64,000 nucleotides of DNA, taken from contig OY970178.1 of the NCBI GenBank assembly GCA_963707915.1, positions 1,792,001-1,856,000 on the forward strand. Reading direction: 5' to 3'. The notes under the pieces were generated by a model. That model was not told the DNA's origin, did no database searches, and was given only the letters and a program-made list of their open reading frames with translations. Of the stretch, positions 18,843-29,552 are shown piece by piece. Each line of letters opens with the position of its first letter. Within the stretch, counting starts at the first letter, position 1. The position numbers were made by a program, and so were the translations under genes. The stretch comes from Candidatus Eiseniibacteriota bacterium. Lineage in GTDB: Bacteria > Eisenbacteria > RBG-16-71-46.

Positions 18843-19531
18843 TCATGGGTGAACAACCAGGCCCCGCCGGCGAGGATCAGGAGGCCGCGACCACGCGCAG
18901 CCAGCGGGTCGCGGTCTGGAACCGGCCCGGACGGGCGAGCGCCGCGGCCGCGCCGACCGAGGTGCCGGCCACCAGCAGCAGCAGCGAGTGCCCGAGCCCG
19001 TAGGCGAACAGCCGCGCGCCGCGCGGCGCGCCAATCCACGGGACCAGGCCGGCGCAGCAGCACCGGCCCGGTGCACGGCAGCGAGACGATGCCGAATACG
19101 AAGCCCAGCACGAACGCGCCCAGCGCCCCCGCGGCGCGACGCCGGGCCGGCGGCAGGGGGATCCCGGGAAGGCGCAGCCAGCCGAGCAGGTGCGGCGCGG
19201 TGAAGGCGCACACGGCCAGCAGCACGTAGCGCCACCAGGGCGTGCCCAGGACGGCCCTCGCGCCCGAGAGGACGGAGAAGAGCAGGGCCAGCTCGAGCGC
19301 GAAGCCGCCGACGAAGAGCAGGGAGAAGCCCAGGGTGCGCCGCCAGGGGCGCTCGCTCGCGCCGCGCCCGACCAGGCCGGCCGAGAAGCCGACCATGAGC
19401 GGGACCATGGCCAGCACGCACGGGTTGAGCGCGGTGAGCGCGCCGCCGAGGAACGCGGCCAGCGGCGCCAGCGCGGGGCTGTGGGCGATGACCGCGGCCA
19501 GTTGCTCGCTCAGGCTCTCCAGGACGTCCAC
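18843..19531 (-). pseudogene. ccdA: CcdA/DsbD-like cytochrome c biogenesis transmembrane protein, frameshifted as assembled
   Basis: ALNPCVLAMVP and SLPCTGPVL conserved Cys motifs; frame breaks near 19060-18900. Confidence 0.7.
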
Positions 19532-19547
19532 GCGTCCCCCGCTCCCG

Positions 19548-19957
19548 CTACTTCGCCGCGGGGCGCAGGGCCACGCCGAGACTGTCCTTGAAGATCCGCT
19601 CGATCTCCTCGCGGGAGAAGAAGCCCTCGTGGCGGAATCGCTCGCGGCCGGTCCGGTCGAAGAAGACCTGCGTGGGGATCAGGCGGATGCCGTACGGCTT
19701 GCCCGCCTGCGGCTCCTTCCAGACGTCGATGAACTGCACGTCCACCGCGCCGGCGTAGTCCACCCGGAGCGCCTCGAGGATGGGGGCCATGCGCTTGCAC
19801 GGGATGCACTTCCCCGCGCCCAGGTCCACGAGGCGCGGGAGCGCGCGACGGGCGGGGCGGGCTTCGGGGCCTTGCGGGCGAGGGCGGGCACGGCGGTGAT
19901 GAGCGCCAGGCTCACGAGCAGCAGCGCGATGCGTCCGGTGCGACCTGTCACTGGCAT
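19548..19957 (-). pseudogene. Exported thioredoxin-family protein, frameshifted as assembled
   Basis: Signal peptide in one frame, LVDLGAGKCIPCKRM...IPTQVFFD...RHEGF in another; shift near 19845. Confidence 0.75.
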
Positions 19958-20104
19958 CCTCCTCGGGACTCGGCGTTCGGGGCTCGAGCGGCGACTCGAT
20001 CGCCGACACCGCGGCGGCGCGTCCCGTCCGGCGCATCGAACGATCCGCGGACCGCGCGCCCGGCAGGCCGCGGAGCCTCTTGACGACCGGGCGCGAGGAT
20101 ACTA

Positions 20105-20126
20105 CATTTCGTCACATGGCGAAATG
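20105..20126. promoter_or_regulatory. Probable ArsR operator (10-2-10 inverted repeat)
   Basis: CATTTCGTCA-CA-TGGCGAAATG immediately upstream of the arsR start. Confidence 0.65.
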
Positions 20127-20131
20127 GCAGG

Positions 20132-20609
20132 ATGAACATGCTGCTTGAGCTGGAGGCGGCCCTCAAGGCGGCCGGCGACCCGACCCGGACCCGCATCCTG
20201 AAGCTGCTGGAGGCGGGCGCTGTGCGTCTGCCAGGTGCAGGCGGTGCTGGGGCTCGCGCCGTCGACGGTCTCGAAGCACCTGACGCTGCTCAAGGCCGCG
20301 GGCTCGTGACCGACCGGCGCGACGGCCGCTGGATCCACTACGCGCTCGCCGCGGAGGAGCGCAATCCCTACGCCCGCGCGGTGCTGGCGCTGCTGCGCGG
20401 GCCGCTCGACCGCGACCCGCGGTGCTCGAGGACCGCCGGCGGCTGCGCAGGGTGAAGGCCGTCCCGGTCGAGACGCTGTGCGCCCTGCCGCCGGCCCGGC
20501 GGGCGCCGTCGCCTCTCGTGCAGGTCGGGACGCCCCGCACCGCGCGCCGGCGCCGGCGCGCGTCGCCCGCGCGGCGCCCGCCCGCCGGCGCGGACCTCCG
20601 CATGCCTGA
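20132..20609 (+). pseudogene. arsR: ArsR/SmtB family repressor, frameshifted as assembled (3' end approximate)
   Basis: ALKAAGDPTRTRILKLL, then LCVCQVQAVLGLAPSTVSKHL in a shifted frame, then RRDGRWIHY. Confidence 0.75.
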
Positions 20610-21035
20610 GCGCCTCCCCCGCCTGCTCTTCGTCTGCGTCGAGAACTCCTGCCGCTCGCAGATGGCCGAGGGCTTCGCGCGCGCGCTGGGCAGGGGACGG
20701 GTCGCCGCGTTCAGCGCGGGCTCGCGCCCCTCGGGCCGGTGAACCCGCGCGCGATCCGGTTCATGGGCGAGCAGGGCATCGACCTCTCGGCCCAGCGCTC
20801 GAAGGGGCTCGACGAGCTGCCGGCGGGACCCTGGGACAACGTCGTCACGATGGGCTGCGGCGACGCCTGCCCGCACCTGCCGGCCCGCGCACCGGCGGGA
20901 CTGGGACCTGCCGGATCCGAAGCACCTCGACGACGAGGGCTTCCGGGCGGTCCGCGATCGCATCGCGTCCTGGTCCAAGGACTCATCGACGAGGCGGCGC
21001 CCGACGGCTCCGCCGAAGCGAGCACCGAGGACTGA
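20602..21035 (+). pseudogene. arsC: Arsenate reductase ArsC (LMW-PTP type), frameshifted as assembled
   Basis: FVCVENSCRSQMAEG P-loop, [16 protein letters not shown]; shifts near 20740, 20885, 20970. Confidence 0.82.
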
Positions 21036-21064
21036 CGAACGACACTCCACCCGGGAGTCACGAC

Positions 21065-22153
21065 ATGGCAGACAGACGCGATCCGCGGCGCACGCCGGAG
21101 TCGCCGGCCGGCTCTCCTTCCTCGACCGCTACCTGACGCTCTGGATCTTCCTCGCCATGGCCGTCGGCGTCGGCGGCGGCTGCCTGTTCCCCGGCGTGGT
21201 GCCGCTTCCTGAACCGCTTCAACGTCGGCACGACCTCCATCCCCATCGCCATCGGCCTCATCCTGATGATGTACCCGCCGCTGGCGAAGGTGCGCTACGA
21301 GGAGATGGGCCGGGTCTTCCGCAACGGCCGGGTGCTCGCGCTCTCGCTGGTGCAGAACTGGGTCATCGGCCCGATCCTGATGTTCGGCTGGCGGTGCTCT
21401 TCCTGCGCGACCAGCCCGAGTACATGGTCGGGCTCATCCTGATCGGCCTGGCGCGCTGCATCGCCATGGTCATCGTCTGGAACGACCTGGCGAAGGGCGA
21501 CAGCGAGTACTGCGCCGGCCTGGTGGCCTTCAACTCGATCTTCCAGGTGCTGTTCTTCTCGCGTCTACGCCTACGTCTTCATCACGCTCGCTGCCGCCGC
21601 TGGCTCGGCCTGCGAGGGCGTCGTCGGTGAACATCACCATCGGCCGAGATCGCCAAGAGCGTCTTCATCTACCTCGGCATCCCGTTCCTCGCCGGGATCC
21701 TCACCCGCTTCGCGCTGCTGCGCGGCCAAGGGCAAGGACTGGTACCAGCGGCGGTTCATCCCGAAGATCAGCCCGATCACGCTCGATCGCGCTGCTCTTC
21801 ACCATCGTGGTGATGTTCTCGCTCAAGGGCGAGAAGATCGTGCAGCTGCCGCTCGACGTGGTGCGCATCGCCATCCCGCTGCTCATCTACTTCGTCGTGA
21901 TGTTCTCGTCTCGTTCTTCATGAGCAAGCGGGTGGGCGCCGAGCTACCCGCAGTCGGCGACGCTCTCGTTCACCGCGGCCTCGAACAACTTCGAGCTGGC
22001 CATCGCGGTGGCGGTCGCGACCTTCGGCATCCACCACGGCGCGGCCTTCGCGGCGGTGATCGGGCCGCTGGTCGAGGTGCCGGTGCTGATCGGCCTGGTG
22101 AACGTGTCGCTGTGGTTCCGGCGGCGCTGGTTCCGCGACGCGAGGCGGCGTGA
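21065..22153 (+). pseudogene. acr3: ACR3 family arsenite efflux transporter, multiply frameshifted as assembled
   Basis: [61 protein letters not shown] spread over several frames. Confidence 0.85.
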
Positions 22154-23203
22154 GACCACCGATGAGCAGGTGCCCCGCGCGCGGCTCGGCGCCGCCTGCT
22201 GCCCTTCCGCTCGGCGGGCGCCCTGCTGCTGTGGGTCGCGCTCTACGGCGTGCTCCGGCGCGGCTGCCGCGTGGCTCACGCGCGACCTTCTGGGCTCGCC
22301 GCCGGCGACGCACCTCGGCAGCGCCGTCGAGTTCTTCGTCTTCGAGGCGCCCAAGGTGCTGATGCTCCTGACGCTGGTCGTCTTCGGCGTCGGCGTGGTC
22401 CGCTCGTTCTTCACGCCCGGAGCGCACCCGCGCCATCCTCGCCGGCAGGCGCGAGTCGGTGGGCAACGTGCTGGCCGCCGCGCTCGGCATCGTGACGCCG
22501 TTCTGCTCCTGCTCGGCGGTGCCGCTCTTCATCGGCTTCGTCGACGGCGGGCGTCCCGCTGGGCGTGACCTTCTCGTTCCTGATCTCGGCCCCGATGGTG
22601 AACGAGGTCGCGCTGGTGCTGCTGTTCGGCCTGTTCGGCTGGAAGGTGGCCGCGCTCTATCTCGGGCACCGGCCTGTGATCGCCATCGTCGCCGGCTGGG
22701 TCATCGGCCGGCTGCGGCTGGAGCGGCACGTCGAGCCCTGGGTCTACCAGATGCAGCGCGGGCGACGGCCGGGCTGCGCGAGCGCCGCCTGACCTGGGAG
22801 CGAGCGCCTAGGCCACGGGCTCGACGCGGTGCGCGACATCGTGGGCAAGGTCTGGCCCTACGTGCTGGCCGGCATCGCCGTGGGCGCCGGCATCCACGGC
22901 TACGTGCCCGAGGACTTCATGGCCGTCCATCATGGGCAAGGGGGCCTGGTGGTCGGTGCCGCTCGCCGTGCTCATCGGCGTGCCGATGTACTCCAACGCC
23001 GCCGGGATCATCCCCATCGTGCAGGCGCTGCTCGAGAAGGGCGCGGCCCTGGGCACGGTGCTGGCCTTCATGATGGCGGTGATCGCGCTGTCGCTGCCGG
23101 AGGTCATCATCCTGCGCAAGGTGCTCCGGCCCGTGCTGATCGCGGCTTCATCGGCGTGGTCACGGCCGGGATCATCCTGGTGGGCTACCTGTTCAACGGC
23201 TGA
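22150..23203 (+). pseudogene. ArsP-like (DUF318) permease, multiply frameshifted as assembled
   Basis: [39 protein letters not shown] motifs. Confidence 0.8.
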
Positions 23204-23255
23204 TGTGATGTACTGCCTTCCGCCGTCCGGAAGGCCATTCCGAAGGGAGACGACG

Positions 23256-23489
23256 ATGACCCGGATCGAGGTGCTCGGTCCCGGCTGCGCCAACTGCGAG
23301 CGGCTCTACCGGAACACCGAACGCGCCGTGAAGGAACTCGGGCTCGATTGCGAACTCGAGAAGATCACCGACCTCAACGTCATCATGGGCTACCGCATCA
23401 TGTCCACGCCCGGACTCGTGGTCGACGGCGTGGTCCGGTTCTCCGGGCGGGTGCCCTCGGTCGAACAGTTGAAGGAGATGCTGTCCTGA
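23256..23489 (+). CDS. Small redox-active disulfide protein (MTH895-like thioredoxin)
   Basis: IEVLGPGCANC, IMSTPGLVVDG, GRVPS. Confidence 0.88.
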   Translation: MTRIEVLGPGCANCERLYRNTERAVKELGLDCELEKITDLNVIMGYRIMSTPGLVVDGVVRFSGRVPSVEQLKEMLS

Positions 23490-23523
23490 GCGACTCCGTG
23501 CCCCCCAGACGGGACTCCCGGCC

Positions 23524-24426
23524 GTGGAGAGCGTGACCCACCATCACGCGCCTGCCGCCCAGGACGGCGTCCGCACCGCCTTCCTCGTGGCCGCGGGGCT
23601 CAACGTCGCCTTCGTCGCCTTCGAGGTCTTCTACGGGTTCCGGTCCGGCTCGCTCGCCCTGCTCTCGGACGCCGGCCACAACCTCGGGGACGTGCTCGGC
23701 CTGCTGCTCGCCTGGGGCGCCATCCTACTGGCCCGGCGTGCGCCGAGCGCGCGCCGCACCTACGGCCTGCGCCGCTCCACCATCCTGGCGGCGCTCGCCA
23801 ACGCCGTGGTGCTGCTGATCGCCGTGGGCGCCGTCGCACTCGAAGCGGTGCAGCGGCTTCGTCACCCGGGCCCCGTCGCCGCGCCCACGGTGATCGTGGT
23901 GGCCTCGCTCGGCATCGTCGTGAACGGTCTGAGCGCCTGGCTCCTGGGACGCGGCCGGCGCGACGACCTGAACGTGCGCGCCGCGGCGGCGCATCTGGCG
24001 GCGGACGCCGCCGTTTCGCTGGGCGTCGTGCTCACCGGCGTCGCCATGGTCCTCACCGGCCGGTGGTGGCTCGACCCGGTCGTCAGCCTGCTGGTGAGCG
24101 CGCTCATCGTCGGCAGCACCTGGGGGATCCTGCGGGAGTCGCTCGACCTGGCCATGGACGCCGTGCCCGGGCGGATCGACCCGGCGGCGGTCCGGGCCTA
24201 TCTCGAGGCGGTGCCCGGCGTCGTGGAGGTGCACGACTTCCATATCTGGGCCATGAGCACCACCGAGATCGCCCTGACGGCCCACCTGGTCACCGACCGC
24301 GCCACCCTGGACGACGAACTCACCGTGCGGATCGCCCACGACCTGTCGGAGCGCTTCGGCATCGTGCATCCCACCCTCCAGTGGGAGGGCACGGGCCGTG
24401 CGCAGCCCTGCCGTCAGGGTCGCTGA
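23524..24426 (+). CDS. czcD: Cation diffusion facilitator (CzcD-like Zn/Co/Cd transporter)
   Basis: SDAGHNLGD, HLAADAAVS, EVHDFHIWAMST..ALTAH, HPTLQ. Confidence 0.88.
   Translation: MESVTHHHAPAAQDGVRTAFLVAAGLNVAFVAFEVFYGFRSGSLALLSDAGHNLGDVLGLLLAWGAILLARRAPSARRTYGLRRSTILAALANAVVLLIAVGAVALEAVQRLRHPGPVAAPTVIVVASLGIVVNGLSAWLLGRGRRDDLNVRAAAAHLAADAAVSLGVVLTGVAMVLTGRWWLDPVVSLLVSALIVGSTWGILRESLDLAMDAVPGRIDPAAVRAYLEAVPGVVEVHDFHIWAMSTTEIALTAHLVTDRATLDDELTVRIAHDLSERFGIVHPTLQWEGTGRAQPCRQGR
24246..24419 (+). repeat. Copy 1 of ~174-bp direct repeat (3' end of czcD)
   Basis: Matches 26005-26178 at offset 1759 with about 8 substitutions. Confidence 0.9.
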
Positions 24427-24470
24427 CCGGTCCCCCGAAGGCCGATGCAGCGGGGGTCGACGCCCTCCGC

Positions 24471-25133
24471 CTAGCGCCCATGGATGCGCCCCCTCGTCCA
24501 GAGGAACTGGTTCCGGACCGGATCGACGACCATCTCCCCGATGACCCGGCCGGTCGCGTGGACGGCTTCAGGCGAATCGGTCGAATCCAGGGCGCCATAG
24601 GCGACCCACGCGATGTGATAGAGCGTCGAATCCGGCAGCCCGCAGGTCGCGTTTGGGTACCAGGACCGTGGATAGGCACCCATCCAGCCGTCGGGGCGGT
24701 GGTCCGCATACTCCGCAAGGATCGACTGCGTCGAAAGCGTCGTATCGGCGGCCAGGTCACGGACGGGGCGAACGAGCGCGCCCACGTGCGCGTTCGTGCG
24801 GATCGAAAAGTAGAGCAAGGTCGCGTGGGTGACGTTGGGGACAACCTCCTCTATCCTATTCGCGAAAGTAAGGACTTCGCTGGGCAACTCCCACAGCAGG
24901 GAGTCCCCTCTCACGATGATCGTGTCCCCCTGACCGCTTGCGAATACATAGGGGTCGCCCTGGCGGTCAACCGTCCTCCGGGACTGGTCAACTCCGGACC
25001 CACGAGCATGGGCCGGAGCGGGTGGTGGTGGCGGCGGAGTCCCGGCAACGCAGGCCCCGCCCATGAATGCCGCGAGGAGGAGGGCAAACCCTGAGAAGCG
25101 ATTGACGGCGGGAAGGATCGCGCAAGTAGGCAT
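24471..25133 (-). CDS. Hypothetical exported protein, copy 1 (lower GC)
   Basis: Open frame with hydrophobic N-terminus/possible lipobox and poly-Pro linker; near-identical to 25227-25890; start uncertain. Confidence 0.6.
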   Translation of the reverse strand: MPTCAILPAVNRFSGFALLLAAFMGGACVAGTPPPPPPAPAHARGSGVDQSRRTVDRQGDPYVFASGQGDTIIVRGDSLLWELPSEVLTFANRIEEVVPNVTHATLLYFSIRTNAHVGALVRPVRDLAADTTLSTQSILAEYADHRPDGWMGAYPRSWYPNATCGLPDSTLYHIAWVAYGALDSTDSPEAVHATGRVIGEMVVDPVRNQFLWTRGRIHGR

Positions 25134-25226
25134 TGGGTTTACTCCCGACATTGGTGGATGACCGCTCCGGCCGAGGGCGCCAGGCAGAGCGCCGCTGCGA
25201 TGATCAACAGGGGCAAGAAGTGCCGC

Positions 25227-25889
25227 CTAGCGCCCATGGGCGCGCCCCCTCGTCCAGAGGAACTGGTTCCGGACCGGATCGACGATCATCTCCCCGATCA
25301 CCCGGCCGGTCGCGTGGACGGCTTCAGGCGAATCGGTCGAATCCAGGGCGCCATAGGCGACCCACGCGATGTGATAGAGCGTCGAATCCGGCAGCCCGCA
25401 GGTCGCGTTTGGGTACCAGGACCGTGGATAGGCACCCATCCAGCCGTCGGGGCGGTGGTCCGCATACTCCGCAAGGATCGACTGCATCGAAAGCGTCGTA
25501 TCGGCGGCCAGGTCCCGGACGGGGCGAACGAGTGCGCCCACGTGCGCGTTCGTGCGGATCGAAAAGTAGAGCAAGGTCGCGTGAGTGACGTTGGGGACAA
25601 CCTTCTCTATCCTATTCGCGAAAGTAAGGACTTCGCTGGGCAGCTCCCACAGCAGGGAGTCCCCTCTCACGATGATCGTGTCCCCCTGACCGCTTGCGAG
25701 TACATAGGGGTCGCCCTGGCGGTCAACCGTCCTCCGGGACTGGTCAACTCCGGACCCACGAGCATGGGCCGGAGCGGGTGGTGGTGGCGGCGGAGTCCCG
25801 GCAATGCAGGCCCCACCCACGAACACCGCAAGGAGGAGGGCAAACCCTGAGAAGCGATTGACGGCGGGACGGATCGTGCAAGTAGGCAT
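25227..25889 (-). CDS. Hypothetical exported protein, copy 2
   Basis: Tandem paralog at offset 756 with about 24 nucleotide substitutions and no indels. Confidence 0.6.
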   Translation of the reverse strand: MPTCTIRPAVNRFSGFALLLAVFVGGACIAGTPPPPPPAPAHARGSGVDQSRRTVDRQGDPYVLASGQGDTIIVRGDSLLWELPSEVLTFANRIEKVVPNVTHATLLYFSIRTNAHVGALVRPVRDLAADTTLSMQSILAEYADHRPDGWMGAYPRSWYPNATCGLPDSTLYHIAWVAYGALDSTDSPEAVHATGRVIGEMIVDPVRNQFLWTRGRAHGR

Positions 25890-26004
25890 TGAGTTCACTT
25901 CCGACGTTTGTGGCCACGTCTTCGCGTTAGCGGTACTTGCTCTTGAGTTCACCCCATGAGATCCGGCGGCAACGCGGGGTGCCCCCCCGCGGAGGGGGTG
26001 GTGG

Positions 26005-26178
26005 CTGGGCCATGAGCACCACCGAGATCGCCCTGACAGCCCACCTGGTCACCGACCGCGCCACCCTGGACGACGAACTCACCGTGCGCATCGCCCACAA
26101 CCTCTCGGAGCGCTTCTGCATCGTGCATCCCACCCTCCAGTGGGAGAGCGCAGGCCGTGCGCAGCCCTGCCGTCAGGG
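26005..26178 (+). repeat. Copy 2 of ~174-bp direct repeat (orphan czcD 3' fragment)
   Basis: Encodes WAMSTTEIALTAHLVTDR...QPCRQG, without the rest of the gene. Confidence 0.9.
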
Positions 26179-26280
26179 CCGGACGCGCCCTAGCCGGCGA
26201 TTCGATGACCCGCTGCCGGGCCGCTGGCAGGTTCCGCGCACCCCGGACCTTCGCTTGCGGAGCGGTGGCCCGGGCCCATA

Positions 26281-26298
26281 TACTCATCTGCATGAGTA
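26281..26298. promoter_or_regulatory. Probable ArsR operator overlapping the arsR2 start codon
   Basis: Perfect inverted repeat TACTCAT-CTGC-ATGAGTA. Confidence 0.6.
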
Positions 26299-26660
26299 CA
26301 CTTCAGGCCCGCCCCGCGGAACGGATCGACACGATGTTCCGGGCCTTCGCGGACCGGACGCGCCTCCGGATCCTCCATCTGCTGCAGGACGGCGAGCTCT
26401 GCGTCAGCGACATCATCACCATCCTGGAAGTGCCCCAGGCCAAGGCGTCGCATCACCTCAACTACCTGCGCCGAGCCGGGCTGGTCGAGACGCGCAAGGA
26501 GGGCCTCTGGTGCTTCTATCGGCTCCGTCCGGCGAAGTCGCCCTTCCACGAGAAGCTGCTCGAGTGCCTTGGGCAGTGTTTCACCCACGTGCCCGGGCTC
26601 GCCGCGGACCGCAAGCGGGCGGCGAAGATCAAGGCGTCCGGCGGATGCTGCCCACGATGA
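26292..26660 (+). CDS. ArsR/SmtB family repressor (second copy, intact)
   Basis: FRAFADRTRLRILHLL, ELCVSD, SHHLNYLRRAGLV; C-terminal GGCCPR. Confidence 0.88.
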   Translation: MSTLQARPAERIDTMFRAFADRTRLRILHLLQDGELCVSDIITILEVPQAKASHHLNYLRRAGLVETRKEGLWCFYRLRPAKSPFHEKLLECLGQCFTHVPGLAADRKRAAKIKASGGCCPR

Positions 26661-26775
26661 CCCATGGCGTCGGGGGTCCACCGATCGTCCTGGCTGACGA
26701 ACGGGCTCGAATGGCCGGCACTGGACCGCGACCGATGTCGATGGATCGGCACACTCACCACCAGAGGGGGTAACG

Positions 26776-27539
26776 ATGAACCGCCGTGGCCTCGGTTTCA
26801 TCTTGCTCATGCTCTGGACCCTGGGTCCGATCGCCGCGGCCTCGGCGCAGCGCGACGTGGACTCCGCCGCGAAGCAGGGGAAGATCGCCTTCATCCTCGT
26901 CACGGATCCGGGCGCGACCGGCGTCGACCAGGCGACGAGACATCATCCAGCAGGCGATGAAGCAGGTCAGCGGGTCGACCCTGGTCGAACTGGACCGGTC
27001 GGACCCGGAGAACGCCGAGCTACGTCGCGAAGCTGCGGCTGGCCGGCGCGCCTGTGCCGCTGATCCTCGTCGCGGCGCGCAACGGCGTCCTGCGCGGCGG
27101 GATTGCTGGCGGCCCAGGCGACGCCGGCGATCCTGCTGCGCGCTGGTTCCCTCGCCCAAGAAGGCCGAGATCCTGCAGGCTCTCCAGAGCGGCAAGCCCG
27201 TGTTCATCACCGTGAGCCGGAAGGGCATGCCCCGCGAGCCCAAGGCGGTCGCCGACTTGCGTCGCGGCGTGCGGCAAGATGGGCGACAAGTCCGCGCTGG
27301 TCCGGATCGACATGGCGGATCCCCGGGAGGCGGCGTTCCTCTCGCAGCTCAAGGTCGACTCCGCCGCGACGGAGCCGGTGACGCTGGTGGTCAACGCGCA
27401 GGGGCAGGTCACGGGCTCGTACACGGAAGCGCAGGAGGTGGCGAGTCTCGTGCAGGCGGCGACCAGGGTCGTGAGCGGCTGCGGCCCCGGTGCCGGCGGT
27501 CCGGGTGCGGCGAGTTCCTGCGCTCCGGCCAAGAAGTAG
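26776..27539 (+). pseudogene. Exported Cys-containing protein (two thioredoxin-like-looking halves), frameshifted as assembled
   Basis: Signal peptide; segments in alternating frames (KIAFILVTD, ELDRSDPEN, PVPLILV, KPVFITVS, RIDMADPRE, PVTLVVN); C-terminal GCGP...SSC. Confidence 0.55.
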
Positions 27540-27551
27540 CGGCGGGTCGGC

Positions 27552-28774
27552 ATGAACCTCCGCACCATCCTCTGGAAGGAACTCTGGCTGCGGAAGTCCC
27601 GGATGGTCTCCGGGCTTCTCGCGATCACGCTCGGCATCGCGGTCATCGTCGCCATCCAGTCGGTCGCGTCCGTCTCGGAGCGGGCGGTCAAGATCAAGCT
27701 CGACAACCTCGGGGCGAACATCCTGGTGCTGCCCCAGGCGGCTTCGGTGGATGACTACTACACCGCGGACATCGACGCGCCGACGTTCCCCGAGGACTAC
27801 GTGGAGCGGCTCGCCACGTCCATGCTCCCGGGCGTCGACAACCTGTCCCCCAAGCTCACGCGGCGGGTCAGGGTCGGCAGCGTTCCGGTCATCCTCACGG
27901 GCATCCTGCCGGCCAACGAGCTGGCCTCCAAGCCGATCTGGCAGAGCGCCGGGCTGGCCGGCGCGGCGCTCGCCGCCGCCTGCGGCCCGAGCCCCGAGGT
28001 CGCGAAGAAGGGCCCCTCGTACGTCGACGAGCGCCTCCAGCGCAAGGCGATCACCGCTCTCGCCCCGACGGAGGTGCTGCTCGGAAGCGTCGCGGCCCGG
28101 CGCCTGAACCTCCAGGCAGGCGGCAAGGTCACCATCGCGGGACGCGAGTTCTCGGCCGCGCGCGTCCTGCCGGAGACGGGCACGATCGACGACGATCGCA
28201 TCTACGCGCACCTGCACGTGGTGCAGGGCCTGCTGGGGACCGGGCGCAGGTCAGCGCCATCGAGATCATGGGCTGCTGCTCGGCGATCTCCGACGGGCTC
28301 CTCGGGAAGCTGCGGAACATCCTGCCGGACACCCGGATCACGACCATCGGGCAGATCGTGAACACGCAGATCGAGACCAATCGCCTGATGGGCGAAGATC
28401 TCCCTGATCCTGCTCGTGATCATCGTGCTCGTGGGCGCGATCTCGATCGCGAACTACATGTGGGCCAACGTCGAGGAGCGCAGGCGCGAGATCGGCACGC
28501 TCCTCACGCTCGGCGCGACCCGCGGGAGCATCTACCGCCTGTTCTTCGCGAAGTCGATCGTCCTGGGCGTCCTGGGCGGGATCGGCGGCTACGTTGTCGG
28601 GACGCTCGCTGCCCTGATCCTCGGTCCGGAGCTCGCGGACTGTCCGTCCAGCCGATCCCGATCTACCTCGCCTGGTCCGTCCTGATCTCCCTGGTGATCG
28701 CCGTGCTCGGGAGCTGGTACCCGACGTACCGCGCGACGCGCCTCGATCCGGCCTCGATCCTCCAGGAGTCCTAG
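27552..28774 (+). pseudogene. MacB/FtsX-type ABC transporter permease, frameshifted as assembled
   Basis: [34 protein letters not shown]; periplasmic MGCC motif; shifts near 28245, 28390, 28640. Confidence 0.8.
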
Positions 28775-28776
28775 CG

Positions 28777-29493
<717 letters not shown>

Positions 29494-29552
29494 AGCTTCT
29501 CCCGGCAAGCTCGGGAAGCGACTCCCCGGCCGGTGCGGGTACGCTCCGCGCC

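Noticed and set aside
20740..20742. In-frame TGA in arsC as a second selenocysteine
   Set aside because: The protein continues in another frame (…GR-VNPRA), consistent with a missing G; the position is not a Cys site.
24467..25913. Diversity-generating retroelement TR/VR pair
   Set aside because: Differences involve all four bases rather than only adenines, the repeats cover whole genes, and no reverse transcriptase is present.
24460..25935. Integron cassette array (GCTAGGC / GTTAGCG core-like words next to low-GC genes)
   Set aside because: No complete attC with paired R''/R' and L boxes could be built, and there is no IntI in the window.
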